The translations under genes were made by a program, and so were the position numbers. Below the pieces are notes generated by a model that saw only the letters and a list, made by a program, of their open reading frames with translations, did no database searches and had not been told where the DNA came from. A DNA stretch of 32,000 nt from Candidatus Arthromitus sp. SFB-mouse-Japan (lineage in GTDB: Bacteria; Bacillota; Clostridia; Clostridiales; Clostridiaceae): positions 690,001 to 722,000 of the forward strand of contig NC_015913.1 in NCBI RefSeq assembly GCF_000270205.1, in the 5' to 3' direction. This document shows positions 18,817 through 25,779 of the stretch, piece by piece. Positions within the stretch are counted from its first letter, which is position 1; the number at the start of each line of letters is the position of its first letter.

Positions 18817-18836
18817 ACTTTAGGGAGATTTGGGAA

Positions 18837-19301
18837 ATGATAAAAAATAAACGCCATGAGAAGATAATAGATATTATAACAAATAAAGATATTGAAACTC
18901 AGGAAGAATTGGCAGATGAACTAAGAAGTGCGGGGTTTGATGTAACTCAGGCAACAGTATCTAGAGACATAAAGTTATTGAAACTTATAAAAATTTCTAC
19001 AAATTCTGGGTCTTATAAATATGGAATTTTAAATAATCAAGAATTTAGTGAAGTTACTAAAGTTGAAAGATATAAAAACATAATAGCTAGTAGTATTTTA
19101 TCGATGGAACAAATCGATAAAACTTTAGTAATACGTACACTTCCAGGAGCAGCTTCAGTTGTTGGTGAAGTTATAGATTCATTAAATATAGAAGATATTG
19201 CAGGGAATGTAGCGGGCGATAATACTATTTTTGTTATGGTTAGAAATGAAAATTCTATAGCTAGTATACAGGAAAAAATAAATTACCTTATAAAGAATTA
19301 G
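18837..19301 (+). CDS. argR: Arginine repressor
   Basis: Winged-helix N-terminus ..IETQEELADELRSAGFDVTQATVSRDIKLL.. and a C-terminal oligomerisation domain ..IAGNVAGDNTIFV... Confidence 0.92.
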   Translation: MIKNKRHEKIIDIITNKDIETQEELADELRSAGFDVTQATVSRDIKLLKLIKISTNSGSYKYGILNNQEFSEVTKVERYKNIIASSILSMEQIDKTLVIRTLPGAASVVGEVIDSLNIEDIAGNVAGDNTIFVMVRNENSIASIQEKINYLIKN

Positions 19302-19311
19302 GTGAATTTTA

Positions 19312-20976
19312 ATGTTAAATAAAATGAGGATAGAAAAGTTTGCTTTAATAGATAATATGGATTTGGAATTTAAAAATGGATTTACAGTAATTTCCGGAGA
19401 AACGGGATCAGGGAAATCTATTTTAATCGATGCCATATGTTTTATACTTGGATTTAAATTTAGCAAAAGCATTGTTAGAAATGGGGAAGACAAAACGTCT
19501 GTTGAAGCAATTTTTGATATATATCATGAAAAAATAAATGAAATTCTTAATGAAAATGGCATTGAAATAGAAGATTATCTATTTATAAGGCGTGAAGGCT
19601 ATGTAAATGGAAAGAGTATCGTTAGAATAAATGGTCATGTTGTAACAAATAATACCTTAAAATTAATCTCTAAATATTTGATGGATATACATACACAGCA
19701 TCAAAATTATGAGTTGTTAAATAACGCTAAGCATATTAATTATTTAGATAAATATATAGGTAAGAAAATTGATTTTAAAAATTATTTGGACGTATTTAGA
19801 GAATGGAATGAGATAAGATATAAAATAAATGAGATTAAAAATAATGATCTTAATGATAGTTATATAGAATATGTGAAGTTTCAAATAAATGAGCTTACTT
19901 CTGCAAAACTTATTATAGGTGAGGACTATGAATTAGAAGAAAAGATAAAGTTGCTTAATAATAGTGAAAAAATTAGCAAGACTCTTAATTTTTCATTAGA
20001 CTCGTTGATTTATAGAGAGCAGTTTGCTATAAATAGTGAGTTGATTAATATTATAAAGTCTATTAGAATGATTGATTTGAAAGATCTTAATGAAATTTCA
20101 AATAAATTGGAAGGAATTTACTATGATTTAGAAAGTATAAGTGAAGATATAAAAGCGATATGTGATAAAACTCATTTTGATGTAAATGAATTTGATTGTA
20201 TAAATGCGAGAATATATAAAATAAATGCTTTGAAGAAGAAATTTAACAAAATGAATGTTGAAGAGCTAGTTAAGTATAATGAGGAATTACAATTATATTT
20301 GGATAATGTTTTAAATCAAGAGAGGGTTCTTAAAGATTATGAAAAAATCGAGTATGAAAAGCGTAAGCAACTTAAAATAGAGGCAGATAAAATAACAGAA
20401 ATACGTAAAAAGTATGCAAAAATGATTGAAAATGAAATAGTTAATGAATTAAATTACATGGGAATGGAAAATATAATTTTTAAGATTAATATTGAAAAAG
20501 ATAAATATTTTACACAAACTGGAAATGATAACGTTAACTTTTTTATTTCTACAAATAAAGGTGAACCCTTAAAAGATTTATCAAAAGTTGTATCTGGAGG
20601 TGAATTATCTAGAATAATGCTAGCCTTAAAAATTGTATTTTTAGGAAATGAACCTATTTCTGGGATAATTTTTGATGAGATTGATACTGGAGTTAGTGGT
20701 AAGATAGCTCAGAAGGTCGGAGAAAAAATGTATTCATTATCTAAGAGATGTCAAGTTTTTTGTATAACTCATCTTGCTCAAATTGCAAGCTTATCTGATA
20801 ATCACTATGTTGTTTCAAAAAAGATAGAAAATGATAAGACATATTCTCATATAAAAATGATAGGTGATGAAGAAAAGGTAAGTGAGATTGCTAAGATGAT
20901 TGGTGGAGAGAGTATTACTGAAGGAGCATTTATTAGTGCTAAGGAACTTATTGGCAATAAAAAATTATTAGAATAA
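19312..20976 (+). CDS. recN: DNA repair protein RecN
   Basis: Walker A GETGSGKSI, a long coiled-coil middle, the signature SGGELSRIMLALK and Walker B IFDEIDTGVSG. Confidence 0.95.
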   Translation: MLNKMRIEKFALIDNMDLEFKNGFTVISGETGSGKSILIDAICFILGFKFSKSIVRNGEDKTSVEAIFDIYHEKINEILNENGIEIEDYLFIRREGYVNGKSIVRINGHVVTNNTLKLISKYLMDIHTQHQNYELLNNAKHINYLDKYIGKKIDFKNYLDVFREWNEIRYKINEIKNNDLNDSYIEYVKFQINELTSAKLIIGEDYELEEKIKLLNNSEKISKTLNFSLDSLIYREQFAINSELINIIKSIRMIDLKDLNEISNKLEGIYYDLESISEDIKAICDKTHFDVNEFDCINARIYKINALKKKFNKMNVEELVKYNEELQLYLDNVLNQERVLKDYEKIEYEKRKQLKIEADKITEIRKKYAKMIENEIVNELNYMGMENIIFKINIEKDKYFTQTGNDNVNFFISTNKGEPLKDLSKVVSGGELSRIMLALKIVFLGNEPISGIIFDEIDTGVSGKIAQKVGEKMYSLSKRCQVFCITHLAQIASLSDNHYVVSKKIENDKTYSHIKMIGDEEKVSEIAKMIGGESITEGAFISAKELIGNKKLLE

Positions 20977-21064
20977 AATATGCCCAAAATGAAACAATAA
21001 ATCGTGAGTGTATATGCTCATGATTTTTTTTGTCTATATAGTTAATGTAAAAGGAGGAATGAGT

Positions 21065-22249
21065 ATGCGAATAAAAAAGTTTTTAAAGATTTTCGCAGTA
21101 TTTACTCCTATATTAGTATTATTTTTGTATATTTCCTCTGTTTTAGTTAGTATACCAGAGGTTGTATTTTTGAGAGATGGAAATAATTTAAAATCTAATA
21201 AAGGGATAATAAATTATACACTAGATAAGATTTACGATAATATTGCAGAGTATAATGCTGAATTTTTGGGTTTTAAAATTCGAACAGTTGAGGTTATGGC
21301 AATTTCTAAAGAAGTTGAACTTTATCCTGGAGGTCATATTGTTGGAATTAAATTAAGAACTAATGGTCCACTTATTGTTGGATTTTCTGATATAGAGAAT
21401 GATTTGCAAAAACCTTATAGTCCATCAAAAGATGGTGGACTTAATGTAGGAGATATAATTTTATCTATAAATGATATTGAGATTAATTCATCTGAACTTT
21501 TATCAGAAACATTGAATAGTTTGGATGCTGATGAATTGGATATTAAAGTAGAGCGAGATGAAAAAATTATTGTAAAGAAGATACATCCAATTAAAAGTGT
21601 TGATGGTAAGAATAAAATAGGACTTTGGGTTAGAGATTCAACAGCTGGGATTGGGACAGTAACATTTATTGATCCTGTTACTGGTATTTACGGAGCGTTA
21701 GGCCATCCTATAACAGATGTTGATACAGGGGATATAATTAAAATTAGTAAAGGTAATATTGTTAGTTCTTCGATTGTCAATGTTAAGCGTGGAGAGAAAG
21801 GAAATCCTGGAGAACTTAAGGGAGTTTTTATAAATGATGATATAAATTTAGGAAGTGTTGAGCAGAATACGAAGTTTGGTATATTTGGAAAATATAGTTT
21901 AGAGAATATTTATACTGAAAAGTTAAAGATAGCCTTAAAAGATGAAATTCAGGAAGGACCAGCTCAAATAATTTCGACAGTTGATAATGGAGAACCAAAG
22001 TTATATGATGTTGTTATTGAAAAATTGCTTCAACAGGATAATCCAAGTTCTAAGAGTATGATAATTAAGGTAGTAGATGAAGATTTACTTAAAAAGACAG
22101 GAGGAATTGTACAAGGAATGAGTGGAAGTCCTATAATACAAAATAATAAAATAGTGGGCGCAGTAACTCATGTATTAGTTAATAAACCAGATACTGGTTA
22201 TGGGATATATATAGAATGGATGCTTAAAGAAAGTAAAATTTTTGATTAG
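21065..22249 (+). CDS. spoIVB: SpoIVB peptidase (S55 family, sporulation stage IV signalling protease)
   Basis: N-terminal TM anchor, a PDZ-like region (..GLNVGDIILSINDIEI..) and the catalytic Ser motif QGMSGSPIIQNNKIVGAVTHV. ATG 21065 lies 7 nt after the SD AAGGAGG. The track start at 21008 has no SD and adds an implausible hydrophobic extension. Confidence 0.9.
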   Translation: MRIKKFLKIFAVFTPILVLFLYISSVLVSIPEVVFLRDGNNLKSNKGIINYTLDKIYDNIAEYNAEFLGFKIRTVEVMAISKEVELYPGGHIVGIKLRTNGPLIVGFSDIENDLQKPYSPSKDGGLNVGDIILSINDIEINSSELLSETLNSLDADELDIKVERDEKIIVKKIHPIKSVDGKNKIGLWVRDSTAGIGTVTFIDPVTGIYGALGHPITDVDTGDIIKISKGNIVSSSIVNVKRGEKGNPGELKGVFINDDINLGSVEQNTKFGIFGKYSLENIYTEKLKIALKDEIQEGPAQIISTVDNGEPKLYDVVIEKLLQQDNPSSKSMIIKVVDEDLLKKTGGIVQGMSGSPIIQNNKIVGAVTHVLVNKPDTGYGIYIEWMLKESKIFD

Positions 22250-22285
22250 AAACTACATTAATTTAATTAATGTAGTTTTTTGTTT
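22250..22285 (+). terminator. Rho-independent terminator after spoIVB
   Basis: 12-bp stem AAACTACATTAA / TTAATGTAGTTT with loop TTTAA, followed by TTTGTTT. Confidence 0.8.
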
Positions 22286-22308
22286 AGATAAAAAAAGATA
22301 AAAATAAA

Positions 22309-22335
22309 AGGAAATGTATTTTCTTTGTCGAACAA
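22309..22335 (+). promoter_or_regulatory. Candidate sigma-H-type promoter of spo0A
   Basis: AGGAAAT (22309-22315), then 14 nt, then GAAC within GTCGAACAA (22327-22335). This fits the B. subtilis sigma-H consensus RnAGGAwWW-N11-12-RnnGAATww except for T to C in GAAT. This is a sequence match only. Confidence 0.4.
22326..22332 (+). promoter_or_regulatory. Spo0A box (0A box), perfect TGTCGAA
   Basis: Exact 7-mer TGTCGAA located 53 nt upstream of the proposed spo0A start and overlapping the candidate -10. spo0A autoregulation through 0A boxes is established in Bacillus and Clostridium. Confidence 0.55.
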
Positions 22336-22384
22336 GTTTAGGGAAGGTTATAATGAGGCGAATTTTAGAAGGGGCGAAAAAACA

Positions 22385-23215
22385 TTGGAAAATAAGAAAA
22401 TAAGAATTTTGATTGCTGATGATAATGATGAGTTTTGTATAATTTTAAAAGATTATTTGAATAATGAAGGTAATTTTGATGTTGTTGGGGTAGCTAAGAA
22501 TGGGATTGAAGCATTGAAGCTCATATCTGAAAGCAAACCTGATCTACTTATACTTGATATAATAATGCCGCATTTGGATGGATTAGGTGTATTAGAAAAA
22601 TTAAGTTTAAATAAGGATTCAGAGTTAGCTCCTAAAATTATTGTATTGTCAGCTGTTGGACAAGATAAGATAACACAGAATGCTATTAAGTTGGGTGTAG
22701 ATTACTATGTTTTAAAGCCTTTTGATATGGATATTTTTATCAGAAGAATAAAAGAAATGTTTAGTATTACATTAGATCAAAAGTATTTTGTCCAAAAACC
22801 AGAAAATATGATTAATTCTAATAATGGTGATTCGACTAATTCTTTTAAGCAATCGGAACCTGTTGATTTAGAGAGTGAAATCACGAGTATAATACATGAA
22901 ATTGGAGTCCCAGCACATATTAAAGGATATTTTTATTTAAGAGAAGCGATTTCGATGGTTGTTAATGATATAGAATTATTATCTGCAGTTACAAAAGAGT
23001 TATATCCTTCTATTGCTAGAAAGTATAATACGACATCAAGTAGAGTTGAGAGGGCTATACGTCATGCTATTGAAGTTGCATGGAGTAGAGGACAAGTAGA
23101 AAGTATAAATAAAATATTTGGATATACTATACATAATGAGAAGGGGAAACCAACAAATTCTGAATTTATTGCGATGGTAGCAGATCGCTTAAGACTTAAA
23201 AATAAAGTTGGATAA
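22385..23215 (+). CDS. spo0A: Sporulation master response regulator Spo0A
   Basis: Receiver domain ([13 protein letters not shown], ..[14 protein letters not shown].., KPFD) plus the Spo0A-specific C-terminal DNA-binding domain (..[20 protein letters not shown].., ..[18 protein letters not shown]..). I place the start at TTG 22385 (SD AGAAGGGG), giving (M)[13 protein letters not shown], 276 aa. The track's TTG at 22325 lies inside the promoter and 0A box. Confidence 0.93.
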   Translation: MENKKIRILIADDNDEFCIILKDYLNNEGNFDVVGVAKNGIEALKLISESKPDLLILDIIMPHLDGLGVLEKLSLNKDSELAPKIIVLSAVGQDKITQNAIKLGVDYYVLKPFDMDIFIRRIKEMFSITLDQKYFVQKPENMINSNNGDSTNSFKQSEPVDLESEITSIIHEIGVPAHIKGYFYLREAISMVVNDIELLSAVTKELYPSIARKYNTTSSRVERAIRHAIEVAWSRGQVESINKIFGYTIHNEKGKPTNSEFIAMVADRLRLKNKVG

Positions 23216-23219
23216 AAAT

Positions 23220-23248
23220 AAAAGCAAGAGTTTTAAACTCTTGCTTTT
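23220..23248. terminator. Bidirectional terminator between spo0A and the convergent hypothetical gene
   Basis: Stem AAAAGCAAGAG / CTCTTGCTTTT with loop TTTTAAA. A/T runs on both sides give U-tracts on either strand. Confidence 0.85.
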
Positions 23249-23252
23249 AAAA

Positions 23253-23654
23253 TTATTTTCTGATTCTTTGTATCTTAGTTATACTTTTAGGTTGAGGTTG
23301 GTTAACAGGAATTAAGTCTTGTTTGTTTGAAAGATTTCTTATATTTAATATCTTTAAATTTTCATGGTTTTTCTTGTCCCTTAGAGCTTGAATTATAACT
23401 AAATGTCCTTGGTTGATATTCATGAAGTGAGGTTTTTTAAACCAACGTTTCTTTTTGTAAATGCATTTTATAATATTTCTGCTATTCTGTGGCTTTATAA
23501 CAACTATAGCTGTTAATATGTAGAATATCCATAGATATTTTTTGATGTTAACTTTTACTGAAAGTATATTTCCTTGAGATTGAGTTAATCTATCACCATA
23601 TTTTTTGAAATATGATTTTGTATAATATTCTGTTAGTTTATCTCTAAAACCCAT
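23253..23654 (-). CDS. Hypothetical, highly basic single-pass membrane protein
   Basis: The 133-aa ORF from ATG 23654 lies 7 nt after the SD AAAGGAG (the track adds two codons from TTG 23660). It has one predicted TM helix (YLWIFYILTAIVVI) and a Lys/Arg-rich C-terminal half. I recognise no family. Confidence 0.6.
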   Translation of the reverse strand: MGFRDKLTEYYTKSYFKKYGDRLTQSQGNILSVKVNIKKYLWIFYILTAIVVIKPQNSRNIIKCIYKKKRWFKKPHFMNINQGHLVIIQALRDKKNHENLKILNIRNLSNKQDLIPVNQPQPKSITKIQRIRK

Positions 23655-23798
23655 GTACAAACTCCTTTTTCCACAAACTATATATCTATATATAGTATTA
23701 TTTTATTTTTTGTAATTCAATATTTTTTTAATAAATAATATGTAATTTTTAATTTATGATAGAATTGTACTATAATTTAAATTAAAGGAGTTTTTAAT

Positions 23799-24455
23799 AT
23801 GTTTAGTAAGTATTTTGATCACACTATATTGAGTGCTAATTTAACTAAGAATGAAATTATTAAATTATGTAATGAAGCAAAAGAATATAATTTTGCTTCA
23901 GTATGCGTGAATCCTTGTTATGTAAAACTCTGTTATGAACAACTTAGAAATACAGATGTTAATATTTGTACGGTTGTTGGTTTTCCCTTAGGAAGTATGA
24001 CTACAGAATCTAAATTATTTGAAACAAAAGAAGCATTGAAGAATGGTGCTTCTGAAATAGATATGGTTATAAATATTGGAAAACTAAAAGATAAGGAATA
24101 TGATTATGTTAAGAATGAAATTAAGCTCCTTAAGGACGCTTGTGGAAATAAAGTTTTGAAAGTTATAATAGAAACTTGTCTTTTAACTGACGAAGAAAAA
24201 ATAATGGCTTGTAAATTATCAAAAGAGGCTGGAGCTGATTTTGTTAAAACATCTACAGGAATGTCTAAAGCTGGAGCTACTAAAGAAGATATAGAATTAA
24301 TGAGAAAGGCAGTTGGTAACGAGTTAGGGATTAAAGCATCTGGAGGGGTTAGAGATCTTGAAACTGTAAATTGTATGATAGAGGCTGGTGCTACGAGAAT
24401 AGGATCTTCTTCAACAGTTAAAATTATTAAAGATTATATCGAATTAAATAAATAG
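23799..24455 (+). CDS. deoC: Deoxyribose-phosphate aldolase
   Basis: 218 aa with ..[11 protein letters not shown].., VVGFPLG, the Schiff-base Lys context DFVKTSTG and IKASGGVR. The SD AAAGGAG lies upstream. Confidence 0.93.
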   Translation: MFSKYFDHTILSANLTKNEIIKLCNEAKEYNFASVCVNPCYVKLCYEQLRNTDVNICTVVGFPLGSMTTESKLFETKEALKNGASEIDMVINIGKLKDKEYDYVKNEIKLLKDACGNKVLKVIIETCLLTDEEKIMACKLSKEAGADFVKTSTGMSKAGATKEDIELMRKAVGNELGIKASGGVRDLETVNCMIEAGATRIGSSSTVKIIKDYIELNK

Positions 24456-24481
24456 AATGATTTATAATACTTAATAATATA

Positions 24482-24523
24482 ATTCTGGAAATAAATTTTA
24501 TAATTTATGCCAGAATTTATTTT
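24482..24523 (+). terminator. Probable terminator after deoC
   Basis: Stem ATTCTGG..ATAAATT / AATTTAT..CCAGAAT (interrupted, mostly AU) followed by TTATTTT. Confidence 0.5.
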
Positions 24524-24594
24524 CATAACTTGGACTATTTTAAATGGGGGCATATCTTTGGGTGTTATAAATTAAAAGAGAGGGGGAACTAAAT

Positions 24595-24684
24595 ATGAAA
24601 AAAGGAGAAATTAACATTATAACAAAATTGGATGATCAAGATTATAAAGATATAATAAATGAATCCTTAAAGGAGACACTTTAG
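24595..24684 (+). CDS. Candidate small ORF (29 aa, acidic, hydrophilic), unannotated in the track
   Basis: ATG 24595 lies 8 nt after a G-rich SD (GAGAGGGGG, 24578-24586). The translation is MKKGEINIITKLDDQDYKDIINESLKETL, ending at TAG followed by TAA. I recognise no homology; it could be a gene remnant. Confidence 0.3.
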   Translation: MKKGEINIITKLDDQDYKDIINESLKETL

Positions 24685-24702
24685 TAAAATTATATTTAAT
24701 TG

Positions 24703-24738
24703 AGTATTATTTTGAAATTATGTAATAGTATTATTTTG
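24703..24738 (+). repeat. Direct repeat 2 x AGTATTATTTTG with 24-nt periodicity upstream of the SGNH hydrolase gene
   Basis: Exact 12-mers at 24703-24714 and 24727-24738, 31 nt upstream of the TTG start at 24769. Confidence 0.5.
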
Positions 24739-24768
24739 TAAGACATTTTTATTTAAGGTGGTTTAAGA

Positions 24769-25440
24769 TTGCAAGAATTTAAGTATATTTATTCAGATTT
24801 TCAGATTGAAGAATATATGTTAACATTTTTAAGAAGTGTCATTTCGACTGAATGGGATGGAGATAAAAAAGAAGTTGTTTTTTTGGGGGATTCTATAATT
24901 AGAGATTATGATTTAGATAGATTTTTTCCAAAAATAAAAACAAAGTTATTTAATTGTGGTGTATCAGGTATAACAACGCAAGGTTTGCATAATATTATAA
25001 AGCAAGGCGTGATTCGTCATAAACCGAGTACTATTGTTATTCTTGTTGGAACAAATGATATGAGTGAAGAAAATAGTAAAAGGGATAACGAAATAATTGA
25101 TAATATCGCCAAATTAATAATCGATTTAAAAATTATATTAAATGGAGTTAATATAGTTTTTATATCTATTTTGCCATGTGATGAGGATAGATATGGTAAA
25201 AATTCTATAGCTGGTGGTGGGCGTACCAATGAGCGTATAGAAAAATTAAATAGTGTGTTTAAAGAATTTGAGAAGTACTATAAAGATTATATCTTTGTAG
25301 ATGCATTTAAGGAATTATCTGATGATAATGGTAATTTAATTAAACAGTATACTCATGATGGATTGCATCTTAATGTTGATGGATATGAAAAATTAACGAA
25401 AGAACTTAATCCGATTATTGAAAAATTGATAAAGAAGTAA
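24769..25440 (+). CDS. SGNH/GDSL-family hydrolase (esterase/lipase-like)
   Basis: Block I FLGDSI, block III VGTND and block V DGLHLN (DxxH). The TTG start lies 7 nt after the SD AAGGTGG. Confidence 0.85.
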   Translation: MQEFKYIYSDFQIEEYMLTFLRSVISTEWDGDKKEVVFLGDSIIRDYDLDRFFPKIKTKLFNCGVSGITTQGLHNIIKQGVIRHKPSTIVILVGTNDMSEENSKRDNEIIDNIAKLIIDLKIILNGVNIVFISILPCDEDRYGKNSIAGGGRTNERIEKLNSVFKEFEKYYKDYIFVDAFKELSDDNGNLIKQYTHDGLHLNVDGYEKLTKELNPIIEKLIKK

Positions 25441-25484
25441 CCCGATTATTTTAATTTATTTACAATTATTTAGGGGTGAATCAA

Positions 25485-25586
25485 ATGAAAAATAACAGAA
25501 AAAAAACACTTATATCAATTATAACAGTTGCAATTTTGTTAATTTTTACGATCAGTATTTTTTTAGGATTGTTTATGAATTTTTAG
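25485..25586 (+). CDS. Candidate small membrane peptide (33 aa), unannotated in the track
   Basis: ATG 25485 follows an SD-like AGGGGTG. MKNNRKKTLISIITVAILLIFTISIFLGLFMNF has a basic N-terminus and one TM helix. It lies 44 nt after the SGNH gene and just before a strong terminator. Confidence 0.4.
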   Translation: MKNNRKKTLISIITVAILLIFTISIFLGLFMNF

Positions 25587-25603
25587 TTTTTATATAATAT
25601 TAC

Positions 25604-25637
25604 AGAGAGATAATTTATGAATTATCTCTCTTTTTTT
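25604..25637 (+). terminator. Rho-independent terminator
   Basis: Perfect 11-bp stem AGAGAGATAAT / ATTATCTCTCT with loop TTATGA, followed by T7. Confidence 0.85.
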
Positions 25638-25779
25638 ATGTTGGAGTCAAAAACTTTTTGGTGCTACTTAGAGGTTACATATTATAATATCCTTGAAAGA
25701 ATTTTGTTTTTATGAGATAGTTTAAGTGAATATCTCATGTTTATTAAAATTTAATTATTAGAGGGGATTTAAATTTATT

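Noticed and set aside
24456-24594. Possible preQ1-like or other riboswitch suggested by G-runs (ATGGGGGC..TTTGGGTG..GAGAGGGGG)
   Set aside because: There are no complementary C-runs to form the required helices. The last G-run is better explained as an SD.
25638-25779. Hairpin ATGAGATA..TATCTCAT (about 25712-25738), candidate promoters upstream of smc, and the absence of rnc upstream of smc
   Set aside because: The hairpin is short, AU-rich and lacks a clear T-tract. The promoter matches (for example TTGGTG-N19-TATAAT) have poor spacing. A missing rnc is only a synteny difference from B. subtilis that cannot be evaluated from this window.
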